A DNA stretch of 61,545 nt, the filler included, from Sphacelaria rigidula (lineage: Eukaryota), in assembly GCA_964200075.2 (NCBI GenBank). It is 8 parts of 8 records of this genome, joined end to end, with 100 filler letters (N's around TTAATTAATTAA, not from the genome) between each part and the next. Parts side by side here need not be neighbours in the genome. Positions count along the whole stretch, not along the records: positions 30,826 to 38,431 come from CAXNAA020014123.1; positions 38,532 to 46,136 come from CAXNAA020014124.1; positions 46,237 to 53,841 come from CAXNAA020014125.1; 5 more parts are not named here. The stretch is one strand, 5' to 3'. Both the position numbers and the translations under genes were made by a program. Under the pieces are notes generated by a model. The model was not told where the DNA came from. It did no database searches and saw only the letters and a list, made by a program, of their open reading frames with translations. This document shows positions 35,861 to 48,994 of this stretch, in pieces (the stretch's first letter is position 1; each line of letters starts with the position of its first letter).

Positions 35861-36789
35861 ATTCTTCTAAACAAAAATCAGTCGAGATTCTATCCCAATA
35901 TCGCAACAAAGGTAAGACAAGTACAAAACATTAAAAAATCCAGACATGTGAGTAATGGCTTGAAGGTTCACCATCTATTGATAGCGGTGATGACTATCGA
36001 TGGATGGCTCACCAAATCTGTTGATTACGGCCATGGCCATCGATGAATACATTTCAGAATCTATTGTGATTGTCCTAGACTATTGATGGACGCTTGCAAC
36101 ATCTGTTGTCGCTCGCAATACATGTCAATTGATGTGTTTCATCTACAGTAGTGGGCGGTCTAACTATTCATTGTGTGGCATTTTGTGATTTTTTCGTATT
36201 TGGCGAGTTTCTTGGGCTCTCTTCGCTTGCCACCGCTCATGACATCGGGAATCTGAAGATATTTGTATCCGCTCCATATTCGAAGAAGAAAAAATCACCT
36301 GTATCCAATAGTGAGTGACTTACGGGCTGACCGGTCATCGGGGGTCCTGCCTCGTTTCAGCCCAGATTCTTGCTCTCCTGTATTTTCTGTCGATCGAGTC
36401 CGTCCAGATCATAGTTGTGAATGAATTTACAGTTTATTTATTTTGAAACTCTGCGTACTCATCGCACTAGGACCAAAAAAATGTGTTCCACGGTAAATAA
36501 CACCCTCCTGATGAACGGGGTACTTACTCGTTTCGCTCGATAACACCAAGTAACACTGACTTGTGCACTGTGTTTCTTGGATCATCTGTTTTGCTGTACC
36601 AAAACCTAAGGACGCTAGCAATTTCGACTTCTATCGAAGAATAATACGCGAGAAAAAACCACAAACAGGCCTAATTACTTGGAGCGCCCACGACTGTTTT
36701 GTGTTCGACAATATATATTTATTGATAGTTTTCCTCCTGCGTCTATTATTGAAGCAAGTGACTACTATTGTGTCTATTGTCGAGGGTGT

Positions 36790-38275
36790 GGAGAGATAGC
36801 AGCAAATGTACACAAGTATAAAAGACAAGGAGAAGCAATGTCCGTGAGTGATTTTGATGCAAGGCTTGCAAAAGCAAGTAAACCGGGTGATGTCATTGGG
36901 CAACACCGGGAAGAAAACAACGCGAATAGGGTAGAAATGCTGAAGTTCCTTGGGCATAACGAGATGAAGACGCTGAATAATAGGACGCAAAAGCCAGCCA
37001 CGCAATACACATGGACTAGACAATGCAAAGGGAAAAAAGTACAGAAAGCGCCGCTCTTGACTTATGCAGTGATGGAATATGGAAATGGAAAGGAAATCGA
37101 AGTACACGTATGCGCAGAAGGCGTAGGAACTACAGATCATTGCCTAATATCGACAGACAGTCTACAGAGGAGAGCATTTGAGAAATAGGCGGGGTAGAAA
37201 GCTGCACAAATGTAGAATATGAGGGGAAACGGGAAAAGTTCCAAGACGAGATTAGAAAGAATGCAACTTAATTCTCCGAGTCGTTGCAATGAGTAGGTAC
37301 AGGTAATACCGAAATGGAAAGGGATCGGCCAGGAGCGAAGACGATAGAAGGATGGGAGTAATTGGTCGAGACCACAGTAAGTAAGTTCGTGGGGAAGAAA
37401 GTGATGGTATGCAACAGAGCAGTAACATGGTGGGATGGGGAAGTAAAAGAAGCTATAAGAGTAGGGATAGAGTAGAGGCATACGCAAAATATATACCGAG
37501 TGAAACTACGGTAGGATGGGAGGAGTATGCTAGAGCTCGAAAGGAAGTAAAAAGGATGGTGGAGAAGAAAAACAAGGTGTATGGGAAGGTGTGGTGAATA
37601 TAACACTTGAAGATTTTGATGGCGGGATGAAGAAATGTTGGTATGGATAAAAGGGATATAGTATTTGGAAACCAGACAGGCAATATGGACAAGGGAATAG
37701 CCACACTACGGGCGCAGAATGGTAGAATGCTTAGTAATTCAAAGGGCAAGAGAGAAGTGCTAGTAGAGCACTACCGTAAATTAGAAACACCAAAAACTAA
37801 CAAGGAGGTCCGACACGAAAATCCAAAAAATCAAAGCGCGAGCAGAGGCAAACGTCGAGGCATCAAACGGGGAGGATAGTGGCTCCAAAGACATGTAGAG
37901 AGAGTTCACCAGATGTAAGTAAAGGAGTGTGTAGCTAAACTCGGAAACAGAAGGGCAGCAGGGGCAAAGGAAAATAGTGAATTAATTGATCAAGTATGGG
38001 GGAGAGGGAATCACCACCATGATGATTATGCTGTATAATTGGATACGGGGAAACGAGAACACATCCAAGAGGTGGAGAAAACGAGTAGTAGTCGACCTAT
38101 TGAAGAAAGGAGACAAGGCTGGCCCAGGGAATTATAGGGGGATGAAGATACTGGGAACCGTAATGAAACATTCTGTAAGATTCTGAATAATAGAGTGGGG
38201 ACGATGTTAGAGAAGAAAGGAAGTATCAAGCAGGGTTCAGACCAAACCGTAGTTGCGAAGACCATTTGTACAGAA
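36790..38275 (+). mobile_element. Degenerate LINE ORF2 (APE endonuclease C-terminus, linker, N-terminal RT)
   Basis: DFDARL...NANRVEMLKFL...YTW...TDHCLI; ELIKYGGEG...LYNWI...WRKRVVVDLLKKGDKAGPGNYRG...; AGFRPNRSCEDHLY; many stops and frameshifts. Confidence 0.88.
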
Positions 38276-38431
38276 TAAGTACGATTATGCCTTCCAGTAC
38301 AAGTAGGTCTCCTGTAGTTCAAAAGGTCTCATACGGATCTTTCGTAGCATGGGTGCCCTTTTTTCGTGTAGATGTTATTGTTTCTTGCCTTCTTCTGCGG
38401 GCTATTTGGTTATGGGTATATTGGTGGTATG

Positions 38432-38531
38432 NNNNNNNNNNNNNNNNNNNNNNNNNNNNNNNNNNNNNNNNNNNNTTAATTAATTAANNNNNNNNNNNNN
38501 NNNNNNNNNNNNNNNNNNNNNNNNNNNNNNN
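38432..38531. other. Artificial contig linker
   Basis: N44-TTAATTAATTAA-N44. Confidence 0.99.
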
Positions 38532-38560
38532 GGGCATGGTGTGAGAAAAAATCCCAGATC

Positions 38561-38629
38561 GTTCCGAGAATTTAACCCACGACCCAACCGTCAGAAGATT
38601 TCGAGGTTACCAACTGAGCTACTGTGGTC
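38561..38629 (-). mobile_element. tRNA-derived SINE head / tRNA-like relic
   Basis: Minus strand: TAGCTCAGTTGG (A box), TTCTGAC loop, GGTTAAATTC (decayed B box); acceptor stem does not pair. Confidence 0.6.
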
Positions 38630-39339
38630 ATTAAAGGCAAGTCACCAGACCTTGCCGCCACTTGGTGTGCACATGCTTGCTGCCTGTGCAAAGATAAAGT
38701 CGTGCACAAAATTTCAGTAGTTAGTAACCAGCCGCGGTGGAGATATGCACGTACAAAGTTCATGTAAAACCGTGGAGGAACGTCGTTTTCAGCTGTCTCA
38801 AGATACAGCAGGATCGGTTACGCCGCTTTCTTCGACAGTAACACCTCGAATCGATATATATATTACCAACCGTAAATCGGGGTGTCTGCTCGAAAGCCAG
38901 AATTCTCAGCATGATTGCCTCCGAAAAAACGGGTGCTACCGAGAGAAGAGGAGCATGGACAAAACCAAAACAGATTGACTAGGGATAAGCGTACGCGCTT
39001 GAACGCAAAACTTTACAGGCGTTGAAATTATTTCCGATTTGATCGTTTCAAAAAAAAAAGGGGGACACGACAGATCCGCACAAGATAACTGAAAGTTACT
39101 TTTACAAAAGCAACACGATCCGATATTCCACCACATGCTCACCTGTTGTTTACATCAGCCCTCACCTCAACGCGCCTTCCACTTCATCAAGCCACGACAA
39201 CCCGTTGCAGATAGCGGTCCACACGTCCCCGCGTCTGTATCTTCGAAATCACCCCGCCACTGGTGCGCTGCTCCTGTTACCCCCCGACTCCCATTCACCC
39301 TCTTCCCCTCCCCCAAACCCTTCAGTGATTGAACCTCGT

Positions 39340-41630
39340 TGAATACCGATATTCGCGGCGCACCGCCCCTTGCACCGACATTGTATGGAATGGAAACCCT
39401 TACCCTACTTCGCGCACGTGCAACAGCGCTTGCATTTGCGGTTCTCCACCGCCGAAGGGCCGCATCTGCACAAGGGATGTGTAATTTTGACCGTGGTGTC
39501 GATGTTCGCATGCTCGCACGATTTGAGGACAACACGGTCTTTCGTGATGGCGTCGCCTGCCTCACCGAGGGCACGTTAATACTCTCACACACCCGGATAA
39601 TCAGCGCAGTGATAAGTCAAGCCCCAGTGACGTGATCGATTGCTGGTCTCACATTCATTATTCCGCCACGAATTCAGCCGTTGCTGCGACACAGATGGAC
39701 ACAGTGTAGTAAACTTGAGCGGAACGAGAGCACTTGCTACAGGACACGTACGGTATGGGGAGCGACAAAATATCAACAAATGACGACAAAACCCGCCCAT
39801 GTTCCAAGTCATCAAGGAGTGCTACCGGGGACCCTAGAGTTGAAGATAGCGAAATAGGTGCTAAAAGATCATGGATCGATTTTTTGGGGGGGGCAGGGTC
39901 GGGGGAACAGATACAACCTTGACAAACTAGCGCAAACGGAAGGTGCCCGCAGTTGAAAGGTGATGGCTCCACGGCGAAGAGGCCGTGGTGACCAAGCCCA
40001 ATTTTGCTGTGCATTCTGGACCAAAGCAACAGAACAGACAGATAGGTGCAGCTGGGAATTCGTTGTCGTTCGTTGCTGTTGTTGCGAAGGGTGAGGGGAG
40101 AGCCGGGAAACACCGCATGTGCCCCCATTATGTGTTCGTGAAGCACACTGCACACACAGATATCGCGAGGCGTCACGCGATGGTCCCAAGGCTCGCCCTT
40201 GCGGTACAAGCTTGTACAGATGATACAGCACAGCGCATCCACTAGACCAAGCGACAAAATGTTGCGCATCACACCAAGTTCGCGTGTACATCAGCACTGT
40301 CCCTATGTGACGCATCACGAGCCACGACTTACCCCCCGACATGTGGTGCGTTGTATATACCGGTGATGTGTCGGTGAACCTCACGCCGCGTCTCGGTAGC
40401 AAATTATTACACCAGCACCACTTTAGGCGAATTTGGTGGATTCGAATCCCGACAGTGAATTGTTTATTGTAATTTCCCGTCAGCCAAAAAATGTATGAGA
40501 GTAATATAGTGTATGGCACGTGCCGGGGCAGAGACAAGAATGATCCTTAGATACGGCAGATTCGTCTGGAGGAATGCCCGTTGTATCTCGACAGAGCACG
40601 GCACACGGACCATCCTCTTTTCTTGGTGTCCGGGTGCGATGAGAGTTGGGGGCAGAGGTACGCGTCCCTGCTTTAGTCGTCAGCGAAACTCTCGCGCCAT
40701 ATGAAAGCCATAAAAAGCGTGGTGTACGGGAGAGATATCAAACCAGGAGTGTTCTCCACCTCATGGCCCGCACTATAGTACAGTGCCGTGGAGACAGTAT
40801 AGGGGTCCGGTGGCACTCGTGCCACTACGCTCTATTGTCCGTGTGCCGTGTTCTGTCATCGCACCCTCTTTTCTTGGTGTCGAGTCATCAACGTCTTGAT
40901 TCTCCCCTTTTCGCTCCTCCCGCGTCCCGTGTTTCTGCTTCTCCGGTTGTTAATTTCTGTTGTGATCGGGTGCCACAGATCTTACTGCAGAGTGCCTCAA
41001 ATGTTGCCATGAGGCAAAGCGGGCATCGAAAAAGGTGAGGGTACAGATCTGGGAAGCCCTTGTGGCCTAACCGAAACCTTTACTGCGGATGCCTCTCACC
41101 GATAGATGCGTTTGGCTCGCTAGGTTCGAAGTTTAGAGGTGACGGCATTGAAAAGAACAATACTGGCTCCAGTAAGTCATACGAGAGAACCCGCTCATAT
41201 TTACGCCGAGGATACAATATATGTGGGGCCCCGTAATGCCCCGCTTGGTGTTGAAGGTTGGGTTTCTTGTGGAGTCGTGCAGGCAATCGAGGACTTGTCT
41301 CGGACCCACTCTCGCGTAACATTGCCAGGTGGTTTGAAACGATATGAGATGCTCGACGCACGTTCAGCATCCAGTCAGCCTCGCAGAAACTTCCTCTGAG
41401 GTGACGGTGGCAAGTGCCTAACCCCATTTGCCCTGCTTCGCGTTGGGATCGCCACACGTTCTGTACCCTGCGCTGCTACGGCGCGCGTCCGTACTGGGAT
41501 ATTCACTCCAAAATTGACAGTATGCGTCGGCACGGCTGGTATACGATCCCCGGTTACTGGGAATGGATGCTGAGTTGCGAGGTTTTATCGAGGAGCGGGC
41601 TGCTCATCACCCCGCCTTGATACTGCAGGT
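39340..41630 (-). mobile_element. Highly decayed non-LTR retrotransposon-like relic
   Basis: Only fragmentary similarity by eye (e.g. ...TANASAVARAR near the 3' end, stop-riddled coding-like tract). No intact motif. Confidence 0.3.
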
Positions 41631-41658
41631 GAAAAACAGCACTTTGGTGACTAGAGAC

Positions 41659-41965
41659 GGGGGGGGGCGAGGGTGCATCCATGATTCTTGCATGCCGTAG
41701 TCATATGACCATCGAACTCGTATCCCTACAAGGCTGGGACGGAGCGCGCCGGGTTTTCGCCGTACCAGGCTCGCAATCAATCATCGAGCGCGAAGCGCCG
41801 TGGTGTGCTCGGCGAGTCGCATGAAGGGTGAGCTGCATCCTGCTAATATTGTTCGGCCCGAAGCCTACCGATTATCTTGCATTTAGATGAAAGCCTCCAA
41901 TGAGATGCTTCATTTTCTGGTATCGCCACTTTCAGAGAGGGCCACAGGTTCCACACTGCCTGATG
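41659..41965 (+). mobile_element. Repeat family A, long form
   Basis: Aligns co-linearly with 34460-34757. Confidence 0.85.
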
Positions 41966-44419
41966 AATGTCTCACCATTTTCAGCTTTGGTGATTGGGGG
42001 TTGGAGAATCTCCCCGAGTGATCTGCTCTCTGGAACGGCAGGCACATGAGTAGCAGATGGGCAAAGAACCGTGTACGACGTGGCACATACTAATGGACAT
42101 ATCGCTCCCATGGATGGAATGTTGAACAAGACCCAGAGAACGTCGTTGAGCTGTTCCACCAATGTAACGCACAGGCACTCATTATATATTTATCATGGCT
42201 TCCACAGGCTTTCACCCACATCCCCCTCCAGAATGTTCATCATTACCCTTCTTTATATCATACACTCGTTTCAACATACATGCTTCGCATATCGTGCTGA
42301 GTGAATGAAAACTATGCATTCCTCACTTTTGTAATATTGTAGTTGATTGCGTACGTTCCTGTAATTAGGCTGGAGTCTCAAACAAAGTGATGGAGGACTC
42401 CATGTCTTGTAAGGAAAAGCAGGGACGGTATTGGAAAGACGGGCCAACGTCTGTGACCACGGGTTCGAGAGGTGGGACTAATGTTCGGAAATAATAATAA
42501 TATTAATTCCTCTCTCCGTAAATACGTTCGCACCCACCAGCCAAGGCGCTACTCAAGGGCGGCGTTGCTTATGTCCGAGGAGGGAGCAAGTCCCTCAGAG
42601 GTGGACACCGTGAGGTGAGTCGTACAAGAAGAAGGGAAGTCACCACAAAAGGGAAGTAGAGGGGTTGGGGGTGCATCCATTCAGCTAGTATTTGGGCGAG
42701 ATACCTCCCTAGGGGTTTTTCCTTGTCAACTATCATACCGTTGAGTGCGTGTGCTCTACGCTTGGTCCTTGCATCGTGGTTTGGCCCGGTGACATGGCAT
42801 GCTTTTGCCCGACATTTTTGACCGATTTGAGCATATATCATTTGTGACTGAAATTGGTTGGGAAGATGCGATCATAGCCTCGATGCCTACGCCTCCTCCG
42901 CGTTCGGTGAGGTGTGTTGCGAGCAAGGCTTTGAGAGATAAGCAGCGCGCGTGCGGAGAGGGGGGAGGGAGGTGTTATTCGTTAGTATAAATCTCCGGGT
43001 TCATTGTGCCTAATCGCAGTCTAACCCACGTGAAATATTGTGCGTGGACACTGAATGTAGCGCCGCAACGGAGGTGAACATGATCACACGCTGCACTGAG
43101 CCATCAACTCAAAGAAATATCCCGCATGTTCAGTCAATTTTTATCTCGACTCTCCCCCCCTCGCCCCTCTTCTGCTCTCGCATGATTTTTTTTGCCGCTC
43201 TGCCGTCAGCATTGGGAGGTGGAAAATCGACTCCATTTCGGATTATCTTCACGAGCACTTGTAGCCTTGCGCTCTTGGATCCATTAACACCCGGTCGGAT
43301 CCAGGCGTGTCGTCGATTCGGGCGTGTTGGACGTCCAAGGAGAATCATATCTGGAGTAGCAACCGGCAGTGTGCAGAGTGTCGCGTTGTCAAGTGCGTGG
43401 CACTCGCCTCTCGCTGCCACACGGTCGTTGTGCGATGTGTTTTTTGGAGTGTTATTTTCGAACGTGGAAGGCCTTCTCTCAAAGCAGCAGCTGCTAGTTC
43501 TGGAAAGTGTTGGATTGATTCACCGTTTCTCCCGACGAAAGCGTTTTCGCGCGGTGCCTTTCCCCCTTGTTTTGCGTAGCAAAAAGATAGCCGTAGCAAG
43601 GGGTCATATTAATGTCGCATGCGCCACGTGGGAATGAACGCCACAAGTGTACGCGACGAAAGTACAAGTTGCACGCGCGTACAAGAACAGTATGTGCATC
43701 GAAATCATTCGTTTTGAGCTTCTACACAGTGGCCAGTGCATCACGGTGTTCTACAGGCTGTTTGTGTTCCTTCGCGAGCGACCGAGGTTCGAAAACGGAA
43801 AAGTTGCTACGTGGTACCTCTGTAGAGCACGTGCACGCCCGCGGCAGCTCGCGAAAAGGGAGCGCAATCGTGGGGCCTGCTTCGGAAATGCGAGGCTTAG
43901 TTTTTTTAATGTGCAGATGTGTCAATCTGCGGAAGTAGCGTCTTGTTTAATTGAAAAATGAACGCCAGACTTGGTGTTGATGTGAAGGCGTCGAAGGGCT
44001 GATATTATTTCCCACCAGACAAGCACGACCAGATGATCTCGTACATCCTCCGTGCATGTGCCACACTGCACTCTCCTCTCCTGTCACGCTGATGTATCAT
44101 TGCAACGTGGACAGAAGCCAAGGCAGCAGAGCTCCGAGGCAAATACGCTACGAATGCCAGCCGCACATTTTTTGTTTTCAATGGCGCGTGTCAAATGGCG
44201 TGAGAGCTCGAAATGAAGGAGTTAGTTCTCACGAGTCGTGCAACATAGAACCGCCTGCAATTCGTTCATCGCTCTGATGCACCCCTGTGATTTTTAACCA
44301 GCAGGGCGCTTTTGATGGAGGAGTGGTTCATTTGTCGTGTTCTTCGATGCTTGTTGCCTGTCTTCATACCAGGTAGACCTCGACCGTAGAACACTTGAAA
44401 TAACCTTTTTGCCGCGATT

Positions 44420-46060
44420 CCGGGGCGACAAGAGGGACGCTTTTTAGCCCGAAAACGGTGCTTTTGCACAAACAGACCCTTTGGGGCAACAGGAGACGGG
44501 AAACCCCCAAAAGTAGTTTCAGGAAGGTAGGGGGCATGAGGTGAAGAAGTCGTGATATGAAAGTCATTTGTCAGGAGTTTAGATCAGAGGAACACTGTTT
44601 CGGAATTGAACTTCGTATTAAAATGTCCAACCCTCTGCTCGGGGAGACACTTGAAATTAGTATCAACTCCCAAGATGGTGCTTTCCCCGACCTAAACTCC
44701 TTACAAATGATTTTCGTACGACGACCTCACCTCGTGCCCCCCACCTTCCTGAAACTACTTGTGCAGGTTTCCCGCCTCCTGTTCCCTCAAAGGGTGTTTG
44801 CGCAAGCACCTATTTGCCTCAATTTCGGGGTGAAAAGAAGGACGATCTTAGCTCGAGACTGATTCTTTCACACATACCCTTTGGGGGAAGACGGGAATTT
44901 CACCAAATTAATTTCAGGAAGGTCCGGGCCATGAGGTCGTCATATGAAAATCGGTTGTCATGCGCTAGGTCGGAGAGAGCACTGTTTTGGAGTTGGCCTG
45001 CATTTTTGAAGTTCAATCCCATTTTCGAGGAGACTATCTTGAAATGGGCTTCAACTCCTTAACAGTCCTCTCCCTGACCTGAACTTGTGACAAATAACTT
45101 TCATTTATGTACGGACGACCTTATGCGCCTCAGCCTCCCATTTTGGGGGTTTCCGGTGTTTCGATCCCCCGAAGGGTATCGGCGAAAGCATCTTTCTGCC
45201 TCGGTTTCGGGGTGAAGAAAGGGACGACTTTTTCTCGAAAATGATGCATTTGCAAATAACGATGTTTACGTGTGACTGAGAGTGAACAGCCGTCAATTAG
45301 TGAATTAATCGTTTCAGTTCCGAAATGCCCCTCCACGAGGCCCGATAGGCTTCCTGTAGTAGCTTCCCACTGAGGCCCTTGATATCCCTGAGTAGGATAT
45401 CGACGTGTAGCTGTAAGCATACGCTAGTGATGGAGGCAAGGAAAAGGACACACGGAATGATGAGAGGAAAATGGCAGAAGTAAAGCGAATGATCAAAGCA
45501 ACTCTCAATCAGCGTTCTACTCTCTATCTCACGAAAACGATGTTGAGTAGTACCCTTTGGAGGGCGACGGGACGGGAAGTCCCCCATATTTCAGGGAGAC
45601 CGGGGGGCATGCGGTCGTCCATTCATATGAAAATCATTCGCCGTGTGAGTCAAGGTCAGGGAGAGCATTGTCTCGGAGTGATTCTACGGTAGGGATGCGC
45701 TTTTCAAGTTCAATAGTTTTCTGAGGCTGCACACTAAGGCCCAGATGTTTGTCATCCAGAGGTCCTCAAGATGCAGAGCCTCGGAAAAAATTGCGCGCCC
45801 CTACTGTAGAACCACTCGAGTTGAAGCTCATCTCAAGCCAGTCTCCTAGAAAATGGGATTGAACATTTAAATAACGTTCAGCTCCAAGACAGTGCCTTTT
45901 CCCTGACCTAAAGTGATGACAAAATATTTTCGAGTGACGACCCACATGCCCCCGCCCCCCCAAAACTATTTTTGGGGGCTTCCCGTCGTCTGCCGTTCGT
46001 CCCCCAACGGGTATGTGCGAAAGCACAGTTTACGGGCTAAAATCGTCCCTTTTTTCATCC
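44420..46060. repeat. Fold-back array of ~180-200 bp units in alternating orientation
   Basis: CCCTTTGG.G...ACGGGAA...TTTCAGG.AG...GGGCATG.GGT forward at ~44477, ~44877 and ~45553; reverse-complement units at ~44675-44850, ~45065-45240 and ~45880-46060. Confidence 0.75.
45257..45543. mobile_element. MITE family B, diverged full copy inserted in the fold-back array
   Basis: Co-linear with 53946-54252 (AATCGTTTCAGTTCCGAAAT...TAGGATATCGACGTGTAGCTGTAAGCA...CTCACGAAAAC). Confidence 0.85.
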
Positions 46061-46061
46061 C

Positions 46062-46133
46062 GAAACAGCCAATCATCTATGTTGAGGATGGTGCTTTTGA
46101 TTGAGGATGAGAACCCGGAGGATTAAAATCTTC
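46062..46133. repeat. 72-bp repeat end identical (reverse complement) to 30826-30897
   Basis: Exact reverse-complement match. Confidence 0.9.
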
Positions 46134-46136
46134 GTA

Positions 46137-46236
46137 NNNNNNNNNNNNNNNNNNNNNNNNNNNNNNNNNNNNNNNNNNNNTTAATTAATTAANNNNNNNN
46201 NNNNNNNNNNNNNNNNNNNNNNNNNNNNNNNNNNNN
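46137..46236. other. Artificial contig linker
   Basis: N44-TTAATTAATTAA-N44. Confidence 0.99.
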
Positions 46237-47238
46237 GTCCCAACTGTAGTACCACACCATGGCCTGGGCCACGGGTGGTAGTCAGAAGGAATCACTTCCT
46301 GAAGGTGATTCCGGCCCTACACCCGCCGCGAAGACCCTCCCCACGCCGTACTGACAAGACTGTACATATATTTATATATACGATATATTACATGCCGTAC
46401 AAGCCGCACGGGACCCGGGGCTGCGCCGCGGTCCCGTCCATCTTTTTCGAGGGTCTCGGTATTCTTGCCTTGCCAAGCCCTCGTGAGAATAGATCCTTTC
46501 TCGAAATGTTCATGCCCGCCGGAAACATTGCAGGACTACCGCGATCGCGCGTCCGCTCGAACGGTCGCGAACGCGTGTGTACCCCCGCACGGAGTAAAGC
46601 ACGAATCCGCAAACCGGGCCCCGAGGATTGGGATTGGCCCGAACAGTCATCTCCCGAGGCGGGTGCGGAGGAACTTGCACTCTAAAATCAGCAATAAATC
46701 TCGTGGACGCCTCGTTACAAAGTATGCGTGACGCTCGTGAGTTCGAAATAATATATATATATATATACTATTGTCCAGGGTGTGAAACATTGAAACATGA
46801 AGTTGGATGTACAGGGAAAGATTGTGTTTCGGTAGAACTTGTCATAAAGGCGTTCCAAAGCTGTGTACATATGCAAAAATCACTACAGGGCAGCGAACGC
46901 AGCGCCGGAGGGCAACCGTGTTGTTGTGTCTGAGATGGCGCGGACGGTGCACCCTTGTACACTCGGCTGGCGCACACTCTTCGTCAGAGAACATACACGC
47001 TTCGTGTATCGGACGAAATAAGCGAAGCAAAAGATTCAAAAGACCATCCCTCGCTGTGTTTGTAGGTAGTCGTACGTAGCCTCGAGTAACCTTTTGGCGT
47101 GGATCGGTATGCTTGTCCAAATGTGAGCTTCGTCGCGATCCCATATTTTCTCTGACTCGCTTCGTGAAACAACTGATCCACCCTCTGTATATACATACAC
47201 ATATTCCCTCTGCCCCAATCTTAATCGTATTTCGGCAG

Positions 47239-47319
47239 GATGGAGCCGGCGGTGGAATTTACAATCGTGGTGAAATTACCGTGGAAGGCGAAGCCCTGTT
47301 TTACGAGAACGACGCTGGG
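47239..47319 (+). CDS. Exon of Pmp/adhesin-like beta-helix repeat protein
   Basis: CAG|DGAGGGIYNRGEITVEGEALFYENDAG|GTAAGA; GGGI plus FxxN; 81 nt, phase 0. Confidence 0.85.
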
Positions 47320-47577
47320 GTAAGAGTGATGCCGGAATATGGGGGGGGGGGGGGATATCTCTCCGCGTGCTTCCTTCAACATACCATCGCTCTCTTACTA
47401 CCTTATCCGCCGAGCGCTAGAATTTCCAGTGCCGGCGCCGCATGAATGTATCGCTTGCGCAACCTACTCGTGCGGACGAAAGTGCGGGTATTTTGCTCAG
47501 GGTCTAACGTTGGCTACTGTCACGGTTTGATGCTGACAGTGAAGGTCTCGGCTGTTCTCCCTTAATCATTCCCGCAG

Positions 47578-47661
47578 TATGGAGGAGGCATCTACCAAGG
47601 CAGGCAAGCGACGTGCACGTTCAACAGCATGGTCAACTTCACGAGCAACCTTGGCTACGTT
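47578..47661 (+). CDS. Exon of Pmp/adhesin-like repeat protein
   Basis: CAG|YGGGIYQGRQATCTFNSMVNFTSNLGYV|GTGAGT; 84 nt, phase 0. Confidence 0.85.
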
Positions 47662-48857
47662 GTGAGTTCGATGGTGATCCGTTGTTTGTTTGCGCAGGCG
47701 CTGAAATCTCCGCGTGTCGGAGGCAAGGGTCGATTCTCCAGTCGCCGCCCTCGTCGCTCTGGGTTGATTGTTCCGATGCCGACGGTACTGTGTGAGGCGC
47801 TCGATGGCCCTCTTCTCGACCCCCCATTACGGCCCCAATGTGAACAAATCCGAAGCCGAAAATCCAAACACTGTACCCTATTGTTAGATGTTGGCAATGC
47901 TAGAAATATCGAATCGTGTGCTTTCACCGGCGAACACCTTATTAGTTTTGGCCTCTTGAAACGTCTGGGGTAAACTGCGTCATGGTCAATCTATAAGCAC
48001 CTTCCCTACGATAAATTTGCGGGCTCTCCGCGAGTTGGATGGTTGATTCAGGTTGTTCCCGACTATGCAAGGCATTAAAATGCATCAAGGTACCCCGACA
48101 CGAAAATAGGCACCAATATTGGACGGATTATCTCCATCAACGGTACAATTTTGACGTGTAGACACCTAATTCAGGCAGGTGTGTATGTACACTGGACAAC
48201 GAACCGCATCGATTTGTCTTTGGGGCTGTGACGATTAGCCTTTCAGCTCCACGCTTTCGAGTGCGTGTTAAGGGGCACACTCGTTTTATCATTCAAATAC
48301 ACGCACGGGGCAGTTTTGACCACACCCACATGTACGGAAGGGTTCTGAAACAAGTAGTAAAGTTACCCGAAGTACAACATTGACGGGCCAGCTTCACGTG
48401 GACGCTATTTCCTCGGCTCGTGAATCAAGGCGTGAATGACGGCAGAGGCCATCCATCCGCGTCGAGTATGCATTCTGTGACAGGGGTGGTGGACATGGAT
48501 GTGTCTTGATTTTGTTCGGTATTCTAGAAGTGATGAGTTTCCCGTTGGCTTTCCTTCTGGCTTTCGTGATATCTGGCCACCTGCGGGCGGCGTTTGTTTT
48601 GTGGGCTTCGTCTACTGCCGACAGGGTTGCTGCGGCTAAACGGCTTGCATGCGTGGAATTGAATAAAGTTGAAATGAAATTGAATCAGTTGAAACCGAGA
48701 AGCGGAGCAAATCAAGAAGCAAAACGCGAAAGTCAAGCAAAAACAATCGAACCCACGACCGAATCAACTCGAAAAGCGAAGCGAAATCAATCCAAACCGA
48801 AGAGCACAACTCATTGAATCAAGGTCGGCTTTCCTTTTGACTACTCCTTTCCGGCAG

Positions 48858-48994
48858 TTCTCCGGTGGCGCTGTAGAAAATCGGGGCGTGATGCATTTCA
48901 ACGATGGTAGCCTCTTCGCTGACAACGGGGTCGGCTGCAACTGCGAGGGTGCCGCAGGCGGCGCGATCTACAACGAGAGGGGCGGGCAAATCAC
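48858..48994 (+). CDS. Exon of Pmp/adhesin-like repeat protein
   Basis: CAG|FSGGAVENRGVMHFNDGSLFADNGVGCNCEGAAGGAIYNERGGQI(T)|GTGAGT; 137 nt. Confidence 0.85.

Noticed and set aside
38561..38629. Functional tRNA-Gln gene
   Set aside because: The acceptor stem and T-arm do not pair and the B box is mutated; it is better explained as a SINE head or relic.
42300..44400. ORFs 43038-43961 as genes
   Set aside because: No motif, codon or splice support that I can see; left unannotated.
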